64,000 nucleotides of DNA from assembly GCA_965113315.1 (NCBI GenBank), contig OZ220369.1. One strand, 5' to 3'. The notes beneath the pieces were generated by a model, which was given only the letters and a program-made list of their open reading frames with translations, searched no databases and was not told the origin of the DNA. The position numbers were made by a program, and so were the translations under genes. This DNA comes from Podarcis vaucheri (taxonomy: Eukaryota). This document shows, piece after piece, positions 27,700-39,490 of this stretch (positions are counted from its first letter, which is position 1; every line of letters begins with the position of its first letter).

Positions 27700-29099
27700 G
27701 TGTAAACTTACAAAGCCTCACTGGCTTTACAGACCTGGGACCGGACACCACAACAGTGAGAGGTTACTGTGATTTGTCCACAAGGTGCTAATTTGTATAA
27801 TGTAAGCATTACTTATACAAACAACAGCATAAGTAAATTTGACCAGAACCTCCCATCAAACCACCTGACCTATGAGGGCATAGGTGGAAAATATCCAAGG
27901 CTTAATGATAGCTTCCCTCTCTGGGCCAAGAGCCCAGCATCCCAGGGCCCAGAGATAAGCATAGCATCAAAGCAAGCAAATATGATTATATATCAGCTCA
28001 TTCTTGCAACAACTACCAGTTAAAGTAATTGTAGAGTTAACTTGACTATCCAGATGGTGTTTGCAGAGCTCCCAGAACATCTCAGCTTTGGTACAACACA
28101 TCTAGATGAACCAGTGGGCTGACAAAGAAGGACTGTAGGTTCCCGGTCTATTAGAGATGGCAGGCTCAGACTATGGTTGAATCAGAGTGGCTTGCTGAGG
28201 CCCCGCAGTTAGTGCATGGCAGAGGTGAGAGATGAGCATAAGATTTCCAGCTTAAAACATGCTCGCAGCTACTATAACACTTCAAATCATGTATAAACAT
28301 AAAGTGAATCAGAAAACACATATATCCTCTGTTTTTAAAGACTTTTTTTAAAGAGTGGGACAGGTTTGTTTGTTTTTTTAAAAATCATCTCTACATTTTA
28401 GCACAAACTGCTAAAACCCCTGCCAACCCACTCCAGATATCCATCATATGTAATCCCCACCCCCCTTGGCTTGGTGTTGCACCTTATGTAAATCAATACT
28501 ACTAGAGTTTTTGAAATAATAATAGTCCTAAGGAAGACCTGGTATCTGGGTACTGGAAGCATTTTGAATATCTCTTTTAAGGCCATTCTGTACAAGAATA
28601 CCAGGTGAAATAACACACTTAAATGTATTTCACCACCCGCTTCAAATTAAGGCAGATGTGCTTACCTGTAGGATGTGTTCCAAATTCTGCTTATTAGACA
28701 CAAGTCCAACATTTGGAGGTCATTAACATGCTTAACCAGTCCTTTACTGCTGCCTTCTAATCAGTATGTAAATCAAGAAACCGGTGTGTTGTGCTCACCT
28801 GACTAAGAATCTCTGGACTCTGCCTGAGCACTGGCCTATTTTTAGCTAGGGGGGAATTACAGTAGTTGTTTATCGACACAGTCATATGACAATATTAACT
28901 AGTAGGACGTGGCCACCAGCTGATTCCTCCGTCTTATGTAGGTCAGAGTTGTGAGGACAAAGTTAGTTTGCCTAGATGAAAGGATATGTTGGATCTTCAG
29001 ACCATATTCTCTTGTATGCTGCTTGCTTGTTTCCTGAATTTACATTTCACTCTGTTTCAAAGACATGATGGATGTTAACGCTTCCTTATTCTTTTCTCC

Positions 29100-29256
29100 A
29101 GTATCCCTCTGAGGTAGGTCACCAGTTTTTCCCATTCTACAGGTAGAGAAACTCAGGTTTAAGTAGCTTGCCAAGGAAACAGGTGAATTCTCAAAGCCGA
29201 TCCTGATCTTGTTTCAAAAGTCTCACATGCTTCATTTCACTCTACTGTGTTGTCTC
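29100..29256 (-). mobile_element. Ancient MIR-like SINE core
   Basis: cctctgaggtagg...cccattctacaggtagagaaactcagg...aagtagcttgccaagg resembles the CORE-SINE consensus. Confidence 0.55.
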
Positions 29257-31484
29257 CTATACAAGTATGGAGGCTTTGGGAGAAGGATGGGACTTGTGTG
29301 TAGGAATTAGTTGTAATTACTTCTGCCTACGTGTGTCTGAAAACAAACTTTGATTATTGGATCACTTAAGATTGGCTCTTTTACAATGTATCGGCTAATC
29401 AGATTAGACTTCATTAGAAAGGCACGTAAATAAAATTCTTCTGAGGTCACTGGTCCTCCTCCCCCTGGCAGTAAGTGTATATGAAGAGCGAATCAGAGTC
29501 CAATAACCTGTTTGGGGTTTGGAAGGGCTTGAATTTCTGGAGTTTAAGGGATTACAGGGAAATTTTGCTATCTCTCCTGATGAAAACAGAATTGAAAATG
29601 ATACACCGAGTTTAGAGCTGTGTTAGTGCTCTATGCCAGAAAGAAATCTTAAGTTCTGTCTTAAAGAAATGTGTAAAACCAGTTCTGCAAATTATGTAGA
29701 TTTGCATTCATGCCTATGATCCTTCTGCAGATTACTTGGCTGATAGTGCAGTAGTTCAGTTTATCTTTTGATTTCTAGTTACAGCTTTTTGGTTACATCC
29801 AAGGATAAGATTGATAAGGGGCAGGAGCCATGGAAAAGACTGTGAAGGGAGGGGTATGGAGCATGGAAACTTCTCTTCCCTCTCCCATACACTGTCAGCC
29901 ACCCCCCACCCAGGCCCCAATTTGAATCTTCCACAGAACATAGAATATTCTCTCAGTTCCTCTCTGCAGTTCAAGCCCTAATAGTTTGCTTTACTTGAAA
30001 ATGAAAAGTGAGAGGCTTAGGAATCCCATCTGGTATGTCAGCTTGGGGAAAACACACTGTTTGGTTCGTGTACCACTTTGAGGTCTGCTGTCCTCCCCCA
30101 AAATCAAGTAGTATATAAAATTTATGGACTGAATGAAAGAATGCATCTAATCTTCATACTGCATGTTTGGCACCTTGTATGTACCCCAGGGTGTTGCGGA
30201 AAGGTTGACTGCACAAATGTGGGGGTCTGCAGATGGTTTCCCCCCCACCCCAATCCCGAACAAGCTCTGTGGCTTGGTTGGTCTTGGCTTGGGAGGGACC
30301 GTTTCCATTCCGTGCTTCCCTCTGTGTCCCCCCCATTTAGTTAACTGATTAACCTGCTGTTATAAAGTGTGGTGGTATTAAAACTGGATTGTGGAGTGCT
30401 TTCCTCTGCAGCTCAGTTTGCAGCTTTTAAAAGTGTTCTCTTGCCTGCAAGCACAGTTGCTTTTAATGTGTCATGTGTTTAAGTGAGTGTTTTATTCTCA
30501 GTTCTGCCTTATTTTTACATCTGAACTTCCTAGAGAGCATCTTCGCACTTTCCTTTTCAACACTAATAGATCAGCACTAATAGAAAACTAGGTCACCTCA
30601 GGTACCTGTGCTCTTGGCATGTTTACTAAGCTATTAGGTTCAGAGGCTGTTTGAGTTAATTGACTTGTACAAGACAGTAATGCTTTAGTTTTGCAGATGC
30701 TGCTGAACAGAGGTGTTTGACCAAGGAGCTAAAGCTAACTTAACTATTCAGCAGCTTTAACTCTGTTTTGTGTGTGTCACCTAGCCTGAAAAAGCACAGT
30801 CCATGTCACAAAGTGAACATATGGCAGGTTCTATCAGCTCAAGTTTTGGTAGCAGCAAATCATTAGCCTCACTTCACATATTCCTGAGAGTGAGAAGAGA
30901 ATATTGGAGGATAAATCCCAAATTCCTAGGACACTTGCTGGTGTTAGTTGTTTGTGGTCCAGGCCAGGGGGAGCTTGGGGAGGCGTGTTGCAGGGGGCAT
31001 GCAGCGTTGAGGGAGAGATCAGTTTTAAGTTTTAAAAAGTTTCCTTGGTTGGTTGCCTGGAGGCCTGGAATAATTATTCCCTGACCCACAGATCCAAAGT
31101 GCTACTTTAGGCAAACCCAAGTTGGATGGATATTTGAGGTGGGTTTTTTTTGTGATTGACCCGTAGGAGGGTCTGGAAATAGAGATATGGGACACATATG
31201 CTGTTATTTCTAATAGCAATCTTCTGAAATAGGTTAGTTACAGCAATTACTAGCCCAAGGCCACCAAGGTCATGTTTGAATGGAGCTGAAGACCAGGGTT
31301 TAACATTAATACATTGGACACCTGCCAGCTACACAACACTGGCCTTCAATGAGCCCATGAGACAAGCCTCCCCATCCCAGGCCATATCCCATAATGCTTT
31401 TGTAACTCCCCTTAGTTTGAAAGCAGATTTCCCTGTGGAGTTGATGTGTTAATGGACTGAGAGAACCAAATGCTGAAACTAAGT

Positions 31485-31793
31485 GTTTGGATTTGGATTT
31501 GATATCCCGCTTTATCACTACCCTAAGGAGTCTCAAAGCGGCTAACATTCTCCTTTCCCTTCCTCCCCCACAACAAACACTCTGTGAGGTGAGTGGGGCT
31601 GAGAGACTTCAGAGAAGTGTGACTGGCCCAAGGTCACCCAGCAGCTGCATGTGGAGGAGCGGAGAGAGACTTCAGAGAAGTGTGACTGGCCCAAGGTCAC
31701 CCAGCAGCTGCATGTGGAGGAGCGGAGACGCGAACCTGGTTCACCAGATTACGAGTCTACCGCTCTTAACCACTACACCACACTGGCACCACA
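31485..31793 (-). mobile_element. Young Squam3-type SINE with 12-bp TSD CTGAAACTAAGT and an internal 63-bp tandem duplication
   Basis: Minus strand begins gccagtgtggtgtagtggttaagagcggtagactcgtaatctgg; TSD at 31473-31484 and 31794-31805. Confidence 0.88.
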
Positions 31794-32147
31794 CTGAAAC
31801 TAAGTTTTTCTTCTTTCTTTTAAAAGGGGGCAGGTTACTGTGAAAGGCAGGGGGTTACAGACCTTTGAGAAACCACAGTCCAAAGCTCCAGTGAGAGGTG
31901 AACTGGGTATAAATTCATGTTTTTATTAAGTAATGATGCTTTCCCATGCAAGGAAAGAACCTGCATTTGGCAGTGCCCATCTTCTTTGTTACTGTGGTAC
32001 GTAATCCTCGAGTTCTTCTGGAAATGACTCTTGACTTGCACACCAGAGTGGACGTATTGGTGGGGTGAGACATCTCAGGGGAAAAACAGTGGGAAGCAGT
32101 AATGTGATAAGTGAATGTGATACCTGTAATCACCAGCTCACAGCACT

Positions 32148-32314
32148 TAGAATCATAGAATTTTATTAGAAGGCACCCCGAGGGGCCCCTAGTTCATACC
32201 CCTTCCACGCAGGAATCTCAGCTAAAGCATCCATGACAGATGGCCATTCAACCTCCAATGAAGGAGTGTCCACCACCTTCCAGTGAAGGCCATTCCACTG
32301 TCAAATAGCCATAA
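32148..32314 (-). mobile_element. CR1 LINE 3' end fragment
   Basis: tagaatcatagaa, the reverse complement of the CR1 (ATTCTATG)n tail; similar to 45971-46130. Confidence 0.75.
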
Positions 32315-32860
32315 CTTTCTTAAGGAGGTAAGCAGAAGAGCTTATGTACTGCATTTATATCCCACCTTTTTCCCCAAGGAGTACATGGTTCACTCCCCTC
32401 CTCAGTTAATCCCTACAACGACCTTGTGAGGTAGTTAAGAGGCTCTGACTGAGCTTCATGACTGAGTGTGGGGATTTGAACCCTGATCCCATGTCCTAAT
32501 CTAACCACTACATCACACTGGCTTTCTAGAATACTTCTGCTATGGGGCAGCGATATAAATTAAGTAGGTAAATAATATGGGGAAAGCAAGATGTCACTTA
32601 GAGAAGGATCTGAAATATTTCCCTTGAAGCTTGAATTTGTTTTATTCAGGATTGTTTGATTTGACGTTTTAATGTGTTGCAAACTGCTTTGAGATTGTTT
32701 CTTTAAAACATTGAGCAGAATTGAAATGAAATTAACAACAACAAGAAGTAGTTTCACGGGAGGCGGGGTGAGAATGGCACCTAGACATACTGTTGTGGTG
32801 ACTTTAACCTAGATTTAAGATGACATTTGGCAATTAGTTTATATATCTGAGAAGATCTAA
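32315..32860 (-). repeat. Composite repeat copy B (inverted homolog of 17598-18099) with embedded Squam3-like SINE (~32347-32526)
   Basis: The reverse complement aligns by eye with copy A across the module, spacer, SINE and SINE 3' flank. Confidence 0.75.
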
Positions 32861-33021
32861 TCAAGCAGGGTCTGTTTACCTGGTTTTGGGCTCAGAGTAG
32901 CCAGGACTGAATGATCATCAGCTGGAATAAGAGTTCTGTATTTTATATTTACAATGTATTGTTTGCTGAGAGTTAGAATAAGAAAAGTGGCTTTGTAATT
33001 TTGCATGTGTAATCGGTGAAA

Positions 33022-33387
33022 GGGACGCGGGTGGCGCTGTGGGCTAAAGCCTCAGCGCCTAGGGCTTGCCGATCGAAAGGTCGGCGGTTCGAATCCCCGC
33101 GGTGGGGTGCGCTCCCGCTGCTCGCGGTCCCAGCGCCTGCCCACCTAGCAGTTCGAAAGCACCCCCGGGGGCAAGTAGATAAATAGGTACCGCTTACCAG
33201 CGGGAAGGTAAACGGCGTTCCGTGTGCGGCTCTGGCTCGCCAGAGCAGCGTTGTCACGCTGGCCGCGTGACCCGGAAGTGTCTTCGGACAGCGCTGGCCC
33301 CCGGCCAATAGATGTGAGATGGGCGCAGAAACCCCAGAGTCTGTCAAGACTGGCCCGTTCGGGCAGGGGTACCTTTACCTTTACCTT
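33022..33387 (+). mobile_element. Young full-length Sauria SINE (POM-type) with 12-bp TSD TAATCGGTGAAA
   Basis: gggacgcgggtggcgctgtgg head, B-box ggttcgaatccc, (ACCTTT)n tail; TSD at 33010-33021 and 33388-33399; CpG-rich. Confidence 0.93.
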
Positions 33388-33871
33388 TAATCGGTGAAAA
33401 GGAATGAAAAATGGCTGCAGAGAAACACTCACATCTTCAAGATAAATGTCTTTGGCACTCTCATGTTAACTGATGGGGAGCATTTTGCCAACTGACTGAG
33501 AATTAAGTGAACAAATCTGAATCATTAGCTGCCTCCATGCTTCTGCAACAGGTCATAGGGCTACCCTCTAAAAGGGCACTTCCAGGAAGGCTTCCAATTG
33601 CACAAGGAATCAGATTCCACACTGATGGTAAATTCCCAGATACATACTCTTACTTCTACACCAATGTCACACAATTTTTATATATTTTTTCTCATAAATA
33701 TTTACTAGGCATTCTATTCGGTTAGCAAATAAGGCACAGCTTAGCTTTGTGTAAGGGGTGTGTGTTGACATGCAGTAGTTCATTATTTTCATCCTGTGAC
33801 AGCAAAGAAGATGAAAGATTCTGCAAATAATTCAGCGTAATAGGATGCCTGCAAGCCTCTCACAACATGCC

Positions 33872-33874
<3 letters not shown>

Positions 33875-33902
<28 letters not shown>
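33875..33902 (+). repeat. (GT)n microsatellite
   Basis: Seen directly. Confidence 0.95.
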
Positions 33903-34714
33903 CTTTCTCGTGCACGCACGCTGTTTTGAGGAGCCAGGCTATGAGCATTTCTTCAAACTGATTTCAGAACAGAGACCGCTTTTGCTGCTGTTCTCTGTTC
34001 CCTGAAAAGAGAAGCTAGAAGACACTGCAGCCTGTTACAGAACACGCTGGCAACCCCCCACTGAAAGCACCAGGCTAAGGAACCCTCTCCAGTTATTCCT
34101 ACTGGAAAAGGGCACCGTGCTTCAATATTTAATCAAAATAATATGTAATCCGTTTATAAATTGGGGTTCTTCCTTGAGCTCTGATAACAAAACAATGTCT
34201 GAACAAATTTCTGTTAGGAAAAAATGATCCAAGTCTGAGAACTAGATAATCAAATCTAGATGATGTCTGGCCCAGGACAAAGCTATATCTGTATTTTTAG
34301 GACTGTGACACAATTAAAAGAAATGATAATGTCCATCAATCTAACTGAATCTGCCTGCAGCTTGAAAAAAAGTTAATGCTGTTAACTTTTAGAAAAGAAA
34401 AAAACTGTTTCTGGATGGTATACGTATGTCTCACAGAAGAAGCCATCCTCATCACAAGATGCTCACCATCTATGTTTTTTTGTGTACTTCTCTTGCTATG
34501 CGTTTCATGGCTACCAGGAAATTGTTTTCCGCTATCATGAAGGTTTACAAGATTAAACCACAAAGTAATACAATAAACTAAACTCAAACCCAAACAACAG
34601 AATAAAAAAAAAGAACCAGAAAGTAGGGTAGAGGGAGGGTAAGAAGTCCCCTTGAGATAAGCTTTTTTTTGTTGGGGGGTGGGAGAACATTGTTAAGCCT
34701 ATTGGGGGGAAATT

Positions 34715-34824
34715 TAAAAAATCCAGACATTTAGGTGATTGTCTGAAATCCCCCCCCCGGACACTAATTCTGGCATTGGAATCCCATACATGTCCAGGAA
34801 AATCCGGATGTATGGCAACCCTAC
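34715..34824. mobile_element. hAT (Tip100-like) MITE end remnant
   Basis: Ends in TGGCAACCCTA, the reverse complement of a TAGGGTTGCCA TIR, with ccgga subterminal repeats. Confidence 0.45.
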
Positions 34825-35508
34825 CTTGAGAGATCCCCCCACTAGAACACTTTCCACCCCTCTGATTCCTTCCAGCAGCCAGAGCAGATTTGCAGGATCA
34901 AAGCAGTTGATGGAACAAATATGTTTGAGCAGCCAGAAAGTATGATGTTCAAGAGTTTAATTTATCCACTGTATTTTGAGATCCTGAGTAACAAATCTTA
35001 AGCAGTTTATGGCGCAAGGGGGAAATCTGGCAAGAGAAAAGCTGCCAGTGGCAGGTGATTTTTAAATTCAAAACACACACAGTGAGAACAGAGGAGCATT
35101 GCCATCTAGTGGTAGGAGGGGAAATGATGCAGGAGATTGGAGCGTGACACGAAAAAGCAGGACTGTCAGGAGCCAAGCTGTGTCTCTGGAACCTAAAAAT
35201 CAGTTCCATGTCCTCACCTCGGATACCAGTTCCTGGCCAGAGGAGCAAGTACAGTGGTTACAGGCCTCAGAACACACCAAGTGGAAGATAGTGCACAGAA
35301 CGATTCCTGCAGTCCCCAGAGGAGAGATGTGTGGTGACTCCCAATGGAGGGAGACAGAGGCAGCAGTGTGAGAATGAATGACTCCTGGTTTCAGTTGTCT
35401 CTACAGGAATGCCCAGAGTATGGAAAACAAGCAAGAAAAACTTGAACTCTTAATACAGGATGGCAAACATGACCTAATACTGAAAGCTGGTGAGATGAGA
35501 CTCATGAC

Positions 35509-35597
35509 CATAGCTGTCAAATTTCCCTTTTCTTGTGAGGAATGCTATTCGGAACAAGGGAATTTCCCTTAAAAAAAGGAAAACGTTGACAGCTATG
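35509..35597. mobile_element. 89-bp hAT MITE with 8-bp TSD CTCATGAC, nested in CR1
   Basis: Perfect TIRs CATAGCTGTCAA / TTGACAGCTATG; TSD at 35501-35508 and 35598-35605. Confidence 0.9.
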
Positions 35598-36056
35598 CTC
35601 ATGACTGGAATGTAGAAATTGGGGGGTACAACTCACTCAAACGAAATAGAACAAAGGAGCAGGAGTAGCATCATATATAAAGGATGTTTATGCTTGTGAA
35701 GAAATCCATGACCTGGAGCATGGAAGGCAGATTGGAAGTATATGGGTAAAAATTGTAGGAGAGGAAAACAGCAGTGACCTTATTGTGGGTGTCTCCTTAC
35801 AGACCTCCAAGCCAGATTGAGGACTTGGATGAGATATAGTAGTCATGGCAGACTTCAGTTACTCCAATATCTATTGGAACTCAAACTCCACCAAGAATGA
35901 AAGGTCGAACGAATTCCTCGGTTGCCTCGCTGACAATTTTGTTTCCCAGAAGCAGGTCATCTCTCTTTGACCTGGTGCTCACCAACAGGAAGGAAAGAAA
36001 TGAAAGTACAGGGAACCTTGGGAAGAAGTGATTATCTCCTCCTGGGTTTCATTATA

Positions 36057-36251
36057 CAGTGGTACCTCGGGTTACATACGCTCCGCTAACCTAGAAATAG
36101 TACCTTGGGTTAAGAACTTTGCTTCAGGATGAAAACAGATATCTTGCTCCGGCAGCGCGGCAGCAGCAGGAGGCCCCATTAGCTAAAGTGGTGCTTCAGG
36201 TTAAGAACGGACCTCTGGAACGAATTAAGTACGCAACCAGAGGTACCACTG
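36057..36251. mobile_element. Tc1/mariner (Tigger-like) MITE with TA TSD, nested in CR1
   Basis: TA|CAGTGGTACCTCGGGTTACATAC ... GTACGCAACCAGAGGTACCACTG|TA. Confidence 0.9.
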
Positions 36252-36342
36252 TACACAGGCAAGGGAAAACTGAGTGTAGTTGGACATGCACTGGACTTTA
36301 AGAAGGCCAGTTTCAAAAAGCTTAAGGAACTGCTGGTAACAC

Positions 36343-36570
36343 CCGTGTTAGAAACTTAGATATATAAGCTAATCACCAAATAATGGCACCTTAAACCTGG
36401 GTTACAGTTGCCACAAAGGGAATGTCTAGTCGCATTTCTTTTCCTGAATGGAATTTGTTGTTGTTAATTTCTCTTCTATACCACTTTGTATTTTCAAAGA
36501 AAAAAATCTCAAAGTGGGTTACAACACATTAAAGCCATAAATAAAGCAACCCAGAATAAAACATTGACAA
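36343..36570 (+). repeat. Composite repeat copy D (5' module, no SINE)
   Basis: gtgttagaaacttagatatataagcta...atggcaccttaaacctgggttaca...aatctcaaag...caacccagaataaaaca matches copies A and B. Confidence 0.7.
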
Positions 36571-37352
36571 GGCATCTCTACAGATCGGCTGGTTGTCTGG
36601 CGCACAGCAGCGTCTTTTGAACACTGAATATAAGGTGAATGAGGGTCTGGACCCTTGGAATGTGTGCAATTTTGCATTCTACTTCCTAACTGGAGCTGGT
36701 TTATTGGCCTCATTCCATTATGCCTGAAGCATTCAACCTGAACTCCCTGCCTTTGGCAGAGACGTGATCATGGCTCAGTGATGCTACCAGAGTGTTGGCT
36801 ATACACCTTATTCTTGAAATGAGTCATCCATTGGAAAGGAATGGGATCTTCCAGGACATTCCTTTCTCGCAAGACAATAATCTCTCATTAATGTATCGAA
36901 TCACCGGATGCCATCCATTTGTACATAAAACCATAATTTTCATGCCATTGATAGGTAACCCAACCCAGTTTTAAGTTGAGTTGTACTACCAAATAATTGT
37001 GCTTAGCAGAATCCGTTAACAGGGCACCTGAACCGAAACTTGGCTAGTAATTTAAAATTAGTGTGAAATTCAGTCATACCATCTCTGCTGCTTCTTAGTC
37101 TTTGTGTCGCTGTCCCTCTGCTTGCCAGGCTCACAGTGCTGCAGTGATAGCAGAGGTCATAACTGATGAAATGTGTCTGTATAGGCAAAGCACCCATATG
37201 CCCCCTTGGCTGCTCCCTTTATTCCTATGTAAAGTACCCAGACCCTCCTGTCTCTAACACTCCCTTTCCAACTCCCATGTCCCTACCATCCATTACTTCC
37301 TCAGGCCACTGTCTACTTTGTTCCCTCTCTTTTCTCTATCATGTTTCTAGAT

Positions 37353-37661
37353 CAGGGGTTCCCAAACTGCAGTCCACAGACCATTCACACTTCATTCAGG
37401 TGATCCATGCCATGATGTGGCTGAAGACATGAGACGGCACATCCATCACATTAAATACTCATATTGATTTTAATTATATTTCTCTTGCTTCTTTTGTTTC
37501 TTATATTTTGCATTTTATTGCATTACAGTTTGAATTCCATAAAATTGTAATGCACAGTGTGTTACAGTTCCTAAACAACAGGCAGAAAAACCATTAAGCG
37601 GTCCACCATGACGCTCAGCAGTTTTCAAGTGGACTGTGGGTGGGAAGTTTGGAAACCACTG
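37353..37661. mobile_element. hAT-Charlie MITE with 8-bp TSD TTCTAGAT
   Basis: TIRs CAGGGGTTCCCAAACT / CAGTGGTTTCCAAACT; TSD at 37345-37352 and 37662-37669, matching the NTCTAGAN target typical of Charlie elements. Confidence 0.9.
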
Positions 37662-38692
37662 TTCTAGATCATTCTCCCTAGTTTTTCTTCCACCTCCCAA
37701 ATAAAATTCTACTTGTCTTAAGCACTGTGAAATTCCTCCTGGGATTTAATTTCTCCTTGTTGCCCTTTCATGCCTTAATTCCCCCACTCCTACTCTACCT
37801 TCAGGTTCTTCCTCCTCCTCTTTACTTATTAAATGTACTAGTCCCTTTTTTGCCATGGGAACTCAAAGCGACAATATTTTAATCAAAAAACAAAACCAAC
37901 ACATACAGCTAAACTGGCATTTAAAAAATGCAATTTTAAATGTTTGTTTCCCCACTGTGCACCTTCATATAGCTTTCTTTTCCTCGGGGCTCCCTGTCCA
38001 TTAGCTTCTCTACCTGCTCTCAGGGCCATCAAAATTTTCAACCATAACCCTGCAATGTTTTAATCTCAACTAACCAACGCCCTTTTTCTCATGGAAGGTG
38101 GACCGTGAAGTGCTCTAAACTGTCCCAGCCATTGCACCAATCAGCCTATCGTAGTCAAGGTGTCACCATGATTAGCAGTTAGCACCAGTTCACGTGAGGC
38201 TGTGAGGAGGGAGTTTTTCCAAGACAAGTAGAGTTGCTTGGATTTGTGAAGATCTTTGTTTATCTTCTTCCTTTTCCTTTTCACATGATTGGGGCTTTAA
38301 GCTTATGCCCAAAAGGGTGTGCGACTTATTCCATGCCCCCGTGACCAATTTATTGAGAACCATTACTTTTGTTTAGTAATTAACAGTCTTCTGACAGCTC
38401 TGGACATTTAGTTGCCAACTAACTTTGTGTTGGTTTGTGGCCCTTTTCTTCAGGCAAGTCATTTTGCCTTGTGTCCTTGTATATGTACAGAAAAGGCAGA
38501 ACATTAATTTCCTAATTATGAGCTTGTCTGTAAGCAGATATGATGTGGGAGTTGCGTTCCGAGGCACCCAACATGCCAGTGAAATTGAGTACAATTGACC
38601 CACTGAAAAATCCTGCAAACACCCGATTCCTCCTCTGCTCTGCTCTGCCCTGCCTCGTTCTGACCTCCCTTGCCCCCATTCTGCCTTTTTAG

Positions 38693-38820
38693 TGATGTTT
38701 CAGTGATGTCTTTATGATGTTTCTGGGTCACTTCCGGGTTCGGCATGATGCTCGTATACACAGTTGTACACATACTGAACTCGTGTAAACATTTGGTTAC
38801 CTGTATATAGTGCGAAAGAC
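38693..38820 (+). other. SPEN: Candidate 128-nt poison (PTC-containing) cassette exon in SPEN intron 3
   Basis: Branch point CTGAC (38660-38664), long pyrimidine tract, ~100-nt AG-free zone, acceptor tttttAG|, donor GAC|GTGAGT; in-frame TGA at 38715-38717. Confidence 0.6.
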
Positions 38821-39329
38821 GTGAGTTGAATGACTAGTTTTTGGATTTAATGTATTAATTGTTATAACAATTAAAAATTCACTTTTATTCAGGAAACCTG
38901 TGAATTGAGACATTGGAATCTTGGATTTAACTTGCAGGCAGCAACCAGTATGCCCAGATTTACAATAAACTTTTAAGAGTCTATATAACTCCCCAGTTAT
39001 TTGACTGTATTGGGTTTCCTTAATCACAGGATAGTTTCATAATTATTTTGTTAATGCCAACCCTGCTTAGGACTAAAAAGAGATCTCAAATTTCTAATTG
39101 CCCTATGACCAGACCCTTGAGTTTTTCCCAGGTACAAAAAACAAACCATCTCCCACACCCTTGATTATTCTTCAGGGAAGACGTTGGCATCCTCATGCTA
39201 TTCTCAGATACATATGCTGCTTTTCTGCTGATGGGTAAAAGAATTTGGCCTTGGGCACCTTTTTGTTTCAAGGCAATGACCTGACAGCCTCCCTCTGCTG
39301 AATTTTGCATTCTTTTTTCCCTTCCACAG

Positions 39330-39490
39330 CAGTGACTCCAGCAGCAGCTCAAGCGACGAGTCTCCGGCCCGTTCAGTTCAATCCACGGCAGTTCCAGCAC
39401 CCACCTCCCAGTTGCTTCCATCTCTGGAAAAAGATGAGCCCCGCAAAAGTTTTGGGATTAAGGTTCAGAATCTTCCAGTGCGCTCCACAG
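39330..39490 (+). CDS. SPEN: SPEN exon 4 (161 nt; start of RRM2)
   Basis: Acceptor ttccacAG|CAGTGAC (NAGNAG), donor ACAG|GTAAGA; encodes SDSSSSSSDESPARSVQS...SFGIKVQNLPVRST. Confidence 0.95.

Larger units (their letters stand above)
35100..36335 (+). mobile_element. CR1 LINE remnant (ORF1 fragment plus ORF2 endonuclease), interrupted by two MITEs
   Basis: Translates CLYRNAQSMENKQEKLELLI, ETHDWNV, VVMADFSYSNI, and LFDLVLTN...GTLGRSDY (APE endonuclease motifs). Confidence 0.85.

Noticed and set aside
33022-33110. tRNA gene-like A/B boxes (also at 63421 and 31740-31790)
   Set aside because: These are tRNA-derived SINE heads continuing into SINE bodies with TSDs, not tRNA genes.
38693-38780. 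C/D-box snoRNA-like pattern (TGATG repeats ... CTGA)
   Set aside because: No complete RTGATGA box and no convincing terminal stem; the flanking splice signals explain the block better as a cassette exon. An Infernal/snoscan run would settle it.
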